From a virus, in the IMG/VR virus record IMGVR_UViG_3300037041_002705, positions 1 to 64,000 of that record: 64,000 nucleotides of DNA; one strand, given 5' to 3'. Positions 36,185-45,711 of the stretch are shown here, one piece after another; positions within the stretch are counted from its first letter, which is position 1; every line of letters starts with the position of its first letter. The notes under the pieces are model-generated. The model did not search any database, had not been told where the DNA came from, and worked only from the letters and a program-made list of their open reading frames with translations. The position numbers were made by a program, and so were the translations under genes.

Positions 36185-36769
36185 ATGAAGACATTTTTGA
36201 TTTCTATTCTTTGCTTGCTCTCAATGGTGCCTGCATTTTCACAGGAAACACCTGTTTGTGCAACTCCAGCAAAGAAGTATGTAAACGAGCTTGGTTTGGT
36301 ATTCCCAACAAAGACCGATGACATAAAGGGCTACATCAATGCAAACAACATTGCAGTCAATCCTTTGACGTCTGGTTTTAGCTCAGGCTTTCAAGTAGGA
36401 AAGCACCGCATTATAAATGACCAAGCCACACTTGGCGTTATATTGGCTGCAAATGGATTCTTCTCTGCAGGATCTGCCGAGAACCAAATCTATCAGTTTG
36501 GTGCATATCTAACAGGAAGGCTATACTTTGGTGAGACGTGGAGGAATGGAGTTTTTGCAGAAATTGGAGCGGGTCCAGAAGTTGCAGCAGCATCAGTCCA
36601 AGGCGGCGACTTCCAGTTCCAGGCAAACTTTGGAACAAAGCTGGGTGTTGGATACAACTACCAGTTTAACAAGGATGTAACGCTTGGTCTTTCCTTCATC
36701 ACAGCACCATCGATGCTGTCAGACAACTACTTTAATGGATCTAAGATTGTTGTCAATATGCTTTGGTAA
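36185..36769 (+). CDS. outer-membrane beta-barrel protein
   Basis: Signal peptide ending AFS|Q; amphipathic strands GRLYF, GVFAEIGAG, KLGVGYNYQF; C-terminal Trp (BAM-type signal). Confidence 0.8.
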   Translation: MKTFLISILCLLSMVPAFSQETPVCATPAKKYVNELGLVFPTKTDDIKGYINANNIAVNPLTSGFSSGFQVGKHRIINDQATLGVILAANGFFSAGSAENQIYQFGAYLTGRLYFGETWRNGVFAEIGAGPEVAAASVQGGDFQFQANFGTKLGVGYNYQFNKDVTLGLSFITAPSMLSDNYFNGSKIVVNMLW

Positions 36770-36811
36770 CAAATTAAAACATCTCAATGACTACATGTCA
36801 ATAGAGTTACA

Positions 36812-36846
36812 AAATCGCCAGGAAGCCCCTGGCGATTTCTGTTTTT
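36812..36846 (+). terminator. intrinsic terminator
   Basis: AAATCGCCAGG-AAGCC-CCTGGCGATTT followed by CTGTTTTT. Confidence 0.75.
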
Positions 36847-36877
36847 AACAGCAGTTTTTTTTGTTAAAGTGACAACA

Positions 36878-36886
36878 AATATATAG
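36878..36886 (+). promoter_or_regulatory. putative late promoter (AATATATAG), possibly leaderless
   Basis: 4 nt before ATG 36891 of the neck gene. Confidence 0.6.
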
Positions 36887-36890
36887 TCTT

Positions 36891-38927
36891 ATGCCAACAG
36901 TACTACAGAACCCGGGCGACTATGCAATATTCGTTTCTAACACACCTTACGATCTTGTTGGATCAGTGGATGGATTCACCGATTCAGTAATCACAGGGCC
37001 TGATTCTGTCCTGACAAAAGAGTTTAGCTGGTCATTTGACAACAAAAGTTTCTCTGCATACGAAGACCTAACAAACCCAGACACGTATCCACTCGTGACA
37101 GTTCCTTCACCAGAAGTGTGGGCCAAGTTTAGGTACACTCTTGATTCAGGATCACCTGTTACAGTAAATTCAATTGCCTTAGATACAACACAGTATTCGA
37201 TACCACCATCACCGGCACGACCAAATCCTATCTTTAATGCATACAGGATAGGAAACGTTAAGGGCACAATGTTCCTGAATTCCTTTAACTACAACCCATA
37301 TGCAGTAGGCGAAGTTATTCAGATGGTGCAAGGACTGTCGACGATAATAAACCAGCAGTTCGGCATCGAATCAAACTACTACAGGGCAACCGTAGATGAT
37401 TTTGGAACTGATGTCATACTTAGGGAGTATGCACTCCAAAATGTTCAACCGGCAAAGTGTCTGAAGATAGTTGTCCCAAACAACGAGCTTCCTGATGCAA
37501 ACTACAATTTCTCACCCTTCGGTGTTGACTTCTCTGGGATTCCATTTGAAGTACACATTGATAAGAAGTATTATGAGTCCATCTTTGGAGAAGGGGCAAA
37601 GCCACAGAAGCGCGACATAGTATACTTTCCTTTGATGGATAAGATATACGAAGTAATGGATTCATATCTCAGTAGGAACTTCATGCAGACGCAGCTGTTC
37701 TACAAGGTGTCGCTCTTCAAATGGTCTCCAAGAAAGACGAATGTTATTGTTCCTTCTACGGTCCCAGATGCAGAGAATCCGCTTCTTAACCTGGACAACA
37801 TAGCAAAAAACACAAAGGAGCTCTTCCAAGAGGAACAGGACCTTCAAGAGAAGAAGTACACAGACAAGCAACAATTCACAGAAAAATCAGTGCAGTTTGA
37901 CATATTGAGATCTTCGATAAATCCAAACCTGATCATCATTGAACAGAACCTTGAGAATTACTTCAATACACTAACAAACTTCAGGTATGACATGTCATCG
38001 ATACTTCCAGAAACTGGCCAAGGTTATGACATAGGAGTCGAGTACGATCTCACATTCAATTGGCCTGCAAACTCCAACAGAACCTTCACATCATGGTTCA
38101 AGGATAATGCTCCTGCAGTTTCTGTCAAGACGTATGAGGACAACTTTGTTTCAATAAATCGTTCAACTTCAACCGGATATGTTTCCATAATACTGAACCA
38201 ACAGATAAAGGATGTTTCTGCAGGAGACATGATAACGATGTACTCCATAAGGAACAGCTTCTCATTCCCTCTTAATGTTGTTGATGTTGTCCAAGTTGGA
38301 TCAAACTGGGAGTACATCTGTGATGCTCCTTCTGACTATTTCCTCTACTATGACTCAGACATCAACGTTTGGCGTGGCTATATAGAACAGAACTATGGAC
38401 AATGGTTCACTGTTCCATCATCATGGCAGATAAGATTCAAGAAGACATATAAGAACTACTTCATCACAGGTGATAACCTGTTTGAGATAAGCAGCTACAA
38501 CCTTAGGTACTTCCTCGTTAAGTTTGGAAACATTGAGACCTGGTATGATGTTGAGTCCGCAGGATCTGCAGATCCATTGGATCCTTCAACATTCTATGCA
38601 TTGGCATACTCAAGATCCAAGGAGTTCAACCAGACGCTTCTCAATATATGGAAGATGTCAGATCCTAATGAAACGGTTGATCTTGATCTTGTGTACTCAA
38701 GTTTGCAGGAGTCTCCAGAATATACAGATCTCACATCAACCTCCAAGTATGTTCTAAGGGCTGGGCCTAGCGTCATAACTAACATAAGGTTGATGGATAC
38801 AATAATTCCAGAGGAGCAGCAATCGATGTTCTTGAACCAGACGGTTGTTCTGGATTCAGATTCTGGAATGATCATCGATAACGCAATACCACAAATCAGA
38901 AGTCCATACATTGGAAAGTCTGTATAA
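36891..38927 (+). CDS. neck protein (T4 gp14-like) with N- and C-terminal extensions
   Basis: QFGIESNYY, FSPFGV, PQKRDIVYFPLMDKIYEV match the gp14 core; located just before the terminase genes. Confidence 0.7.
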   Translation: MPTVLQNPGDYAIFVSNTPYDLVGSVDGFTDSVITGPDSVLTKEFSWSFDNKSFSAYEDLTNPDTYPLVTVPSPEVWAKFRYTLDSGSPVTVNSIALDTTQYSIPPSPARPNPIFNAYRIGNVKGTMFLNSFNYNPYAVGEVIQMVQGLSTIINQQFGIESNYYRATVDDFGTDVILREYALQNVQPAKCLKIVVPNNELPDANYNFSPFGVDFSGIPFEVHIDKKYYESIFGEGAKPQKRDIVYFPLMDKIYEVMDSYLSRNFMQTQLFYKVSLFKWSPRKTNVIVPSTVPDAENPLLNLDNIAKNTKELFQEEQDLQEKKYTDKQQFTEKSVQFDILRSSINPNLIIIEQNLENYFNTLTNFRYDMSSILPETGQGYDIGVEYDLTFNWPANSNRTFTSWFKDNAPAVSVKTYEDNFVSINRSTSTGYVSIILNQQIKDVSAGDMITMYSIRNSFSFPLNVVDVVQVGSNWEYICDAPSDYFLYYDSDINVWRGYIEQNYGQWFTVPSSWQIRFKKTYKNYFITGDNLFEISSYNLRYFLVKFGNIETWYDVESAGSADPLDPSTFYALAYSRSKEFNQTLLNIWKMSDPNETVDLDLVYSSLQESPEYTDLTSTSKYVLRAGPSVITNIRLMDTIIPEEQQSMFLNQTVVLDSDSGMIIDNAIPQIRSPYIGKSV

Positions 38928-38937
38928 GGAATCAACA

Positions 38938-39534
38938 ATGAGCAACATTTTAGACGAGCTAGAAAGCATAGCCAAGAACTTTGGTTCCATAAACCCAATA
39001 GAAAAGGGAAATCCAATACAACCTGCCCAACAGGTGTATGTCAACTTTGATGATCTGCAAGAGGATATTAGGATTCAGGCAGAGAAAACAGTGGACTCAA
39101 TAATAAACTTCTATGTCCAAGAGGACTTTAAGTCTGAATCCGTGATGGTTCAGAAGAGGCTAGTTGACATAGATAATCTAGCAGACATAATGTTTTGCAT
39201 AGTGAGCTCATCCTACACCCTCAAGAAGGTGTTGGCAGAAATAGACCAAGGAAACATAACTCCAAGGCTTATAGATACCCAAACCTCTTTGATATCAAAG
39301 AAGAAGGAATATAACCAGCAGCTGGCATTGATGCAAGTCTATCTCAATGATAGCTATAAGTCGCTTGCAAACCAATGGACGATGAGAACAGACCCATCTC
39401 CATCAGCAAGGTCTATAACCCAACAGGCACAGTCTCTCACAAGATCTGATATGGATGTTGAGATCTCAAGAGGATCAAGGGACATTCTCATGAAACTTAG
39501 AGATGAGATAGACGGGCAACAGACCGAAGAATAA
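38938..39534 (+). CDS. putative terminase small subunit
   Basis: Helical protein with ITPRLID and GSRDILMKL (gp16-like PR..E and GST..L motifs), immediately upstream of terL. Confidence 0.6.
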   Translation: MSNILDELESIAKNFGSINPIEKGNPIQPAQQVYVNFDDLQEDIRIQAEKTVDSIINFYVQEDFKSESVMVQKRLVDIDNLADIMFCIVSSSYTLKKVLAEIDQGNITPRLIDTQTSLISKKKEYNQQLALMQVYLNDSYKSLANQWTMRTDPSPSARSITQQAQSLTRSDMDVEISRGSRDILMKLRDEIDGQQTEE

Positions 39535-39543
39535 AAATAATTG

Positions 39544-41433
39544 ATGTCGAAACTCTTTACAAAGATAACGGTCCAAGATACTGCCGAAGAAAAGGATAAG
39601 CTTTCATCAGTATGGTCTACTGCAAAGATAGATGCATACTTTGAACAGTACAGCAAAGGTGAAAAGCTTGGGCCTGCGCCATTCATAGATGGAGACATTG
39701 GAAAGAAGTGTGCAAATCTTCCGTTTCAATACACCCCAGATGAGTTAGAAGAGTTTAAGAAGTGTGCAAAGGACGTTGTGTACTTTGCAGATAAGTACGC
39801 GAGCGCAATGACCGATGAGGGCATCCAGAAGATTCAACTTCGTGATTATCAAATAAGGACGCTCTCGGATTTTCAGAATAATCGTTACGTTGCTCTACTC
39901 GCCGCGCGCCAGGTTGGAAAAACAATTACCTCCGCGATCTACATAACATGGTACATCTGTTTTCATGTTGATAGAAACACGCTTATTCTTGCAAACAAAG
40001 GAGCAACCGCAAAGGAAATCATGGAGAAGATTAAAGATGTCTATGATAGGCTTCCTTATTTTCTTAAACCTGGTGTTGTCGTCAATAATGTTCAGACGAT
40101 GTACTTTGATAATGGTTGTAAGATATTTGCCGAGACAACAACAAAGAGTTCAGGTCGTGGCAAAACAGTTCACCTTCTATATGCTGATGAGTTTGCTTTC
40201 ATTCCAGATAATATCGCAGAAGCATTCTATACATCTATCTACCCAACTCTTTCATCATCAAAGGTATCACAGATTATAATCACAAGTACACCTAATGGCC
40301 CAAATCTTTATTACGATATTTATATGGGCGGAATAAATGGTACGAATGAATATAAATCATCTAGGATTGATTATTGGGAAGTTCCAGGCCGTGATGAAGA
40401 ATGGAAACAGAAAGAAATTGGAAACCTTGGCCTTGAGAAGTTTGAGACCGAGTACGGTCTAAAGTTCTTTACAGGATCAAAGATGCTTCTTTCTGAGGAA
40501 CAGATTGAACGCCTCAAGAACGGACAGAAGTACTATGAGTGGAGAGAGATACCAGAGATACACGACCTTGAGATAAACCACGATGGTCTCATATGGGATC
40601 CAGACTTTGATTTTAGCTTTGACGATAAGAGGTTTGTTGTATCAATTGACCTCGCAGATGGAAACGGCAGGGACTCAACTGTATTCAACATATTTGAACT
40701 AAAGCCAAGAGGCAAGAGTGATCTGGAAACCGTAAAGTCTCCAACACAGGAAAGTGACTTCTTCTATCTTGATCAGATAGCCGTATTTAAGGATAACAAG
40801 GTTTCGATAGAAAATGCTGCAAAGATATTTGCAGAGCTCCTCATAAACTACCTGGGTGTTGAAAATACAAAGGTTGTTGTTGAGATAAACTTCAAGGGCG
40901 ACTACTTTATATCAAGGGTCCTCAATGATCCAAAGTACATGGATGATGTCTTTGAGGACGTCTTTGTCCACACAAAGCACACAAAGGATTCAAAGAAGAA
41001 AAAGCCAGGAGTTAGGATAAAGAGGGACAACAAGAACCTCTTCTGTACGACGTTCAAGAGGCTTGAGCAGCTGAGAAAGATCAGGATCTATGAAAAGGCG
41101 ACGTGCGAGGAGCTTATAAACTTCCAAAGGACGGAATCATCCTACTCAGCAGACAGCACACACCATGATGACCTGGCCATGTCATGTGTTAACCTGTGCC
41201 CATACCTCATAGACTTTGACATAGATGGCCAGCCAGCAGGAGAGGACTTCCTTCTTCAGACCGAAGAGATGTTTGATAGCCTGGAAGAAAGCGTCAAAAA
41301 CACGATCCAATCTAGCATTTATAACACCCTTGACAGCCAGGATAATGATGTTGTTGACTTTATGGATGGCTTCAATCTGTTTGATTCTGAATTTAAGCCA
41401 GAACCGCCCCCAAACCTGAATTTTACTCTGTAA
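39544..41433 (+). CDS. terL: terminase large subunit (T4 gp17-like)
   Basis: KCAKDVVYF, LRDYQ, AARQVGKT, LYADEFAF, TSTPNG, DLADGNGRDST, HHDDLAM. Confidence 0.96.
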   Translation: MSKLFTKITVQDTAEEKDKLSSVWSTAKIDAYFEQYSKGEKLGPAPFIDGDIGKKCANLPFQYTPDELEEFKKCAKDVVYFADKYASAMTDEGIQKIQLRDYQIRTLSDFQNNRYVALLAARQVGKTITSAIYITWYICFHVDRNTLILANKGATAKEIMEKIKDVYDRLPYFLKPGVVVNNVQTMYFDNGCKIFAETTTKSSGRGKTVHLLYADEFAFIPDNIAEAFYTSIYPTLSSSKVSQIIITSTPNGPNLYYDIYMGGINGTNEYKSSRIDYWEVPGRDEEWKQKEIGNLGLEKFETEYGLKFFTGSKMLLSEEQIERLKNGQKYYEWREIPEIHDLEINHDGLIWDPDFDFSFDDKRFVVSIDLADGNGRDSTVFNIFELKPRGKSDLETVKSPTQESDFFYLDQIAVFKDNKVSIENAAKIFAELLINYLGVENTKVVVEINFKGDYFISRVLNDPKYMDDVFEDVFVHTKHTKDSKKKKPGVRIKRDNKNLFCTTFKRLEQLRKIRIYEKATCEELINFQRTESSYSADSTHHDDLAMSCVNLCPYLIDFDIDGQPAGEDFLLQTEEMFDSLEESVKNTIQSSIYNTLDSQDNDVVDFMDGFNLFDSEFKPEPPPNLNFTL

Positions 41434-41447
41434 TTTTTCTGCTGCGT

Positions 41448-41456
41448 GATATATAC
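41448..41456 (+). promoter_or_regulatory. putative late promoter (GATATATAC)
   Basis: 29 nt before the tail sheath ATG. Confidence 0.65.
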
Positions 41457-41485
41457 GAAAATAGAACTAGAAAAAAAATCACGCA

Positions 41486-44400
41486 ATGGCAACAGTAACC
41501 CTTGATCTAAACAGATTCAAAGCTAGTGGAGTCTACACAGTAGAGTTCGATGCTAGCGAGAGGATAGTCGTCAATACGAATACGCTTCGTCTTGTCGTCG
41601 GCTTTTCAAGGAAGGGTCCTTTTAACACTCCTGTATTCCTAAGGGATGCAAAGGATGCAAAAACGATATTCGGGGACGTAGATAAGTTCCTCGAAACAAG
41701 AGGATCGTTCTTCCACAGATCTCTAAACACAGCACTCAGGCTAGGTCCGGTTTATGCCATCAACCTCTTGCCGCTGAACAATAAGCCTATCTATGATGGC
41801 GGTGATGCTGTTGACTACATAGCATACTCCCTATCAGCAGGTGAAGCAAATGGCGTTAAGGCCAGGAGCCTCTACGAAAGCTTCTACGATACTGAAAGAT
41901 TTTATAAGCTTTCTGAGGACAACCTCATTGCTGTTGCCAACACGAATGCTCTTAATGAAGGAAAGCTTTTTGACTTTGTGAATGTTGGCCAAAAGCCTAT
42001 ATCGATCATCGTTAGAAAGGCAACTGGAATAACAGGTTACGACATCACAGCAAAGGAATACTACTCACAGATAAACGAGTCTGTTCCTGATTTTGTGTAT
42101 GAGTGGGACAACCTTTCTGAGTATTTCGTTCAGATTGATATAGTACAAGGCAACTGGAACAACTATGAAGTTCTTTCAACAGACCCAGTCTATTCAACGT
42201 TCTTCAACAAGCAGGGCCTCAAGAAGGATCAAGCAACAAACTTCCTTGCATCTCCTGATGTGATAACGATAGGAAGCTTTGTTGGTTGCATAATTCCTGA
42301 TTTCATTGACAATAACAACGTAAACCAATCGATTGATACCATTGTAAACAATGCAACAAACGTAACAGGTCTATACTGTGCAATAAACAGGGATGCGCTT
42401 GGTAACTATGCTGATTCTACGAGCAAGGTTGACATGGTCGGCCACAGCTTTGCAGATATCGATGCAACGTTTACAACTATGAACTTCCTTTCATACAAGG
42501 CAAACCTTGACACAACAAAGGATTATGCATTTGATGCAAGGCAAGTTCTTACAAACGCAATCGATGTTGCACAGATGGGTATATCACCGGATCTTACACC
42601 AGGAGCGGCAGATGATCAACAACCTAACTTTGCAACAACAACTGTTTACGAAGGAGACACATCAAACGCATGGTTCTCTGTAGAGAGCAGCAAGGTTGGA
42701 GGTGCTTATGGTTGGTTTGACAACGTCCTATCGATCAAGAAGCCACTTTCAACAGACACTGACTTTACTCTTACAAACTACAATGCAATAAAGTCAAATG
42801 TTACGGCATCAAAGAGCCTTGTTCTCCTGAACACAACAGACACAGACCTCGGAAGATGGGGTCTAATCAAGTCTGTTGGTGAAGTTGCTTCTGGCGGTGA
42901 AACGTATCTGAAGGTAGCATACACACATGCATCAAAGACGACAGAAGAGGACAATACACAGTATCCTATCCTTGCATGTCCTTCAACTGGTGTTGACATA
43001 GTCTTCTCATCTGCAACAGACCTGACATCAGAAGCAGGCCTTGCAGCAGGAAAGCAGATCTTGGTTGTAAATGCAGCAGATGCAACGAAGTACTTCTACG
43101 TCACAGTTGACTCTACATCTTACGACTCAGCAGCCGACGAAATGACTGTAACGATCGATGCAAGCACCAACTTTGCTGAACTAGTTGACAACTCGGTTGA
43201 AACAAGCTACAAGCTTGTGTTTGGCTCAACAGTGACACCTAGAATCTACACATCTGGTGGATCTGATAACATCGCATTTGTCTACGAACCAGACGCATTT
43301 GATATGGTCTGGAGAGGCGGCACAGTTGGAACAGAAGATGATGCATGGGTTGCATACTCATACGCAACAGTCTTTGAGGACTACAATGCAGCAACTGTTC
43401 TTGACGGTCAAGCATATGAGGCTGTAGAGACTGGTGATACATCGATCAACCCATCTGGCTACCTTAAGTACCAGAGAGGAAAGGATGCAAACGGAATTGA
43501 GATTCTATACATCTATCCTTATACAGATGCAGATCTTAATACAAGAGACGTAGACACAAACATCGAAGCTTCAGGTGATATAACAGTCACACTTTCATCA
43601 GAAACGCTCCTTACGGATGTTTCTGTTCAAAGCTGGGATACGTCAAGGACGACAATAACACTCACAGAAAGCAATGGTTCATCAGTAAATGTTGGCAATT
43701 ATCTTGTTAGCATCGTCTATGATGAGTCCGGAAACCCTTCTTACCATATGGCAAAGGTACAGACTAAGGTAAAGAAGGTGAACTCTGTGACTGGCATTAT
43801 CACATACCAGGTTACAACTAACCAGCCGGTCTACATAAAGGATGAGACGACGTCACCTGTGGTTGTGAAGTATGGCGGCATTGAGAGCCTGATAACAACA
43901 TACCAGTTGACAAACCTTTCTGGATTTGTCATGACAGACTATCATCTGCCATCTGCAACAGGAACGAAGGAAGCACAGCTTCAGAAGATCCTTGGTGTTT
44001 TGGAGGATTCAAACCTCTTTGAATCACTTGCAGATACGGACATCATTGACTACAGATACATTGTTGACACATTTGATGGTGGTCTTGCTCCTCAGATGGG
44101 CGCAAAGAACATTCTTTCTAGACTTGCAATGTCTAGAGGAAAGTGCCTTGCATTCTTGAACCCACCTTCAATAAAGGAGTTCTATGATTCAACGGACCCT
44201 AGGTTCACTGATCAGCCAGATCCAGCTGCAGGCGTTCCAAGGCCGGTTCTTAACACTGCATATATTGCAGAGGGTGGAAACCTATCCCTTGGTCCGACTT
44301 TCACATTCTCTCTTCCAAATGAAGGAAATGGCGCAAAGTACTGTGGAGTGTTCTTCCCATATCTTATTATAAGAGAGAATAATAAGAATGTATTGGTTCC

Positions 44401-44980
44401 CCCAGCAGCAGATGTTTCTAACAACTTTGTTCAGAAGTTTATCTCTGGATATCCTTATGCAATCGTTGCAGGAACAAGACGTGGCGTGATAAGCAATCCT
44501 AACCTTGTTGGGGTTGAGGCAGATCTCTTCCTCTCGGATAGGGAGAACCTGGAACCGGTTGGTTTCAACCCAATCATAACAAAGAGGGGCGTTGGAACGA
44601 TGATCTTTGCTAATCAGACAACATTCCAGAAGACGATCTCTGCATTCAACAACCTGCATGTTAGAGACCTTCTCATCACAGTTGAGCAGAACATTGAGGC
44701 GACCCTTACAAACTTCCTCTTTGAATTCAATGATGAAGCAACAAGACTTGAGATAAAGAACAAGGTTTCAAGCTTCCTTGAAGGAGTAAGAACTGCTGGA
44801 GGAATTTATGACTATAGGGTCATCATGGATGAAACAAACAACACGGCAGCGATCATCGATCAAAACATTGGAATCATAGATGTTCAGATAGAGCCAGCAA
44901 GAGGCCTCCAGAAGATCATCAACAGGATAACGGTGTTCAAGACTGGTGGCATTTCAAGCGGTGGTTTCACCATAGTCTAA
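41486..44980 (+). CDS. contractile tail sheath protein (gp18-like), enlarged
   Basis: SGVYTVEFD, GFSRKGPFNTP; C-terminal AGTRRG, NPI, LHVRDLL, FEFNDEATR, VIMDETNNTAAIIDQN. Confidence 0.95.
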   Translation: MATVTLDLNRFKASGVYTVEFDASERIVVNTNTLRLVVGFSRKGPFNTPVFLRDAKDAKTIFGDVDKFLETRGSFFHRSLNTALRLGPVYAINLLPLNNKPIYDGGDAVDYIAYSLSAGEANGVKARSLYESFYDTERFYKLSEDNLIAVANTNALNEGKLFDFVNVGQKPISIIVRKATGITGYDITAKEYYSQINESVPDFVYEWDNLSEYFVQIDIVQGNWNNYEVLSTDPVYSTFFNKQGLKKDQATNFLASPDVITIGSFVGCIIPDFIDNNNVNQSIDTIVNNATNVTGLYCAINRDALGNYADSTSKVDMVGHSFADIDATFTTMNFLSYKANLDTTKDYAFDARQVLTNAIDVAQMGISPDLTPGAADDQQPNFATTTVYEGDTSNAWFSVESSKVGGAYGWFDNVLSIKKPLSTDTDFTLTNYNAIKSNVTASKSLVLLNTTDTDLGRWGLIKSVGEVASGGETYLKVAYTHASKTTEEDNTQYPILACPSTGVDIVFSSATDLTSEAGLAAGKQILVVNAADATKYFYVTVDSTSYDSAADEMTVTIDASTNFAELVDNSVETSYKLVFGSTVTPRIYTSGGSDNIAFVYEPDAFDMVWRGGTVGTEDDAWVAYSYATVFEDYNAATVLDGQAYEAVETGDTSINPSGYLKYQRGKDANGIEILYIYPYTDADLNTRDVDTNIEASGDITVTLSSETLLTDVSVQSWDTSRTTITLTESNGSSVNVGNYLVSIVYDESGNPSYHMAKVQTKVKKVNSVTGIITYQVTTNQPVYIKDETTSPVVVKYGGIESLITTYQLTNLSGFVMTDYHLPSATGTKEAQLQKILGVLEDSNLFESLADTDIIDYRYIVDTFDGGLAPQMGAKNILSRLAMSRGKCLAFLNPPSIKEFYDSTDPRFTDQPDPAAGVPRPVLNTAYIAEGGNLSLGPTFTFSLPNEGNGAKYCGVFFPYLIIRENNKNVLVPPAADVSNNFVQKFISGYPYAIVAGTRRGVISNPNLVGVEADLFLSDRENLEPVGFNPIITKRGVGTMIFANQTTFQKTISAFNNLHVRDLLITVEQNIEATLTNFLFEFNDEATRLEIKNKVSSFLEGVRTAGGIYDYRVIMDETNNTAAIIDQNIGIIDVQIEPARGLQKIINRITVFKTGGISSGGFTIV

Positions 44981-45011
44981 TCTAAGAAGATAAAAAAATA
45001 AGTATAAACAT

Positions 45012-45617
45012 ATGGCATCAGGTCTTCCGCATTTTAGATTGTCACAGGCTTCAATGCAGTCATTCGAACCGATCTACAAGAACTTGTTTGAGGTTCGAAT
45101 CACTCCTCCTGCGGCAGTAAGAACGGGAACCCCTTGGGAGAATTCCCAATTGATTCTCGACAACGTCATCAACGTTAGTGGTCTTGGTGGAATTGAAAAG
45201 ATCCCACCGGTAGTAACACAAAAGTATAAGGGTGCCACACGCTCTTATGCAGGTGCTCTTCCAGATCAAACGTTTGCAGATATAACAATTGACTTTGAAC
45301 TTAACTTGGACAGCGCAAACAGTGCTTATGTCTATAAGGCTCTAAAGTCATGGACCGACTTGGTCTATAACCCTCTAACTGGTGAACTTGGACTAAAGTC
45401 AGAGTACGCAGGAACATCTGATGATCCTACGCTCATGACGGTTCTTGTATACAACAAGAAGGGCGTTATCATCAAGCAGATCACGTTTAGGCAGATATTC
45501 CCTACAACACCTTTGACGACTCCATTTGATACTCTTAGCTACGATACTGGAACTGAGATATCTAAGATCACAGGATTTACATTTAGGGCAGACTACTGGG
45601 ACAACATCACACGATAA
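45012..45617 (+). CDS. tail tube protein (gp19-like)
   Basis: FEPIYKNLFEV, WTDLVYNPLTG, YNKKG, FRADYW; follows the sheath gene. Confidence 0.88.
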   Translation: MASGLPHFRLSQASMQSFEPIYKNLFEVRITPPAAVRTGTPWENSQLILDNVINVSGLGGIEKIPPVVTQKYKGATRSYAGALPDQTFADITIDFELNLDSANSAYVYKALKSWTDLVYNPLTGELGLKSEYAGTSDDPTLMTVLVYNKKGVIIKQITFRQIFPTTPLTTPFDTLSYDTGTEISKITGFTFRADYWDNITR

Positions 45618-45637
45618 CAATCCCAATACATCGAATC

Positions 45638-45665
45638 AAAAAGAGGGCCTATTGGCCCTCTTTTT
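45638..45665 (+). terminator. intrinsic terminator
   Basis: AAAAAGAGGGCC-TATT-GGCCCTCTTTTT. Confidence 0.85.
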
Positions 45666-45674
45666 CTATGAATG

Positions 45675-45683
45675 GATATATAA
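45675..45683 (+). promoter_or_regulatory. putative late promoter (GATATATAA)
   Basis: Between the terminator and ATG 45712. Confidence 0.6.
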
Positions 45684-45711
45684 AACATCCAATTACCATT
45701 AAGGAACAATC

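Noticed and set aside
39544-41433. Intein or intron in terL (also checked nrdJ and polB)
   Set aside because: Motif spacing and lengths are normal; no C...HN splice junctions or homing endonuclease motifs
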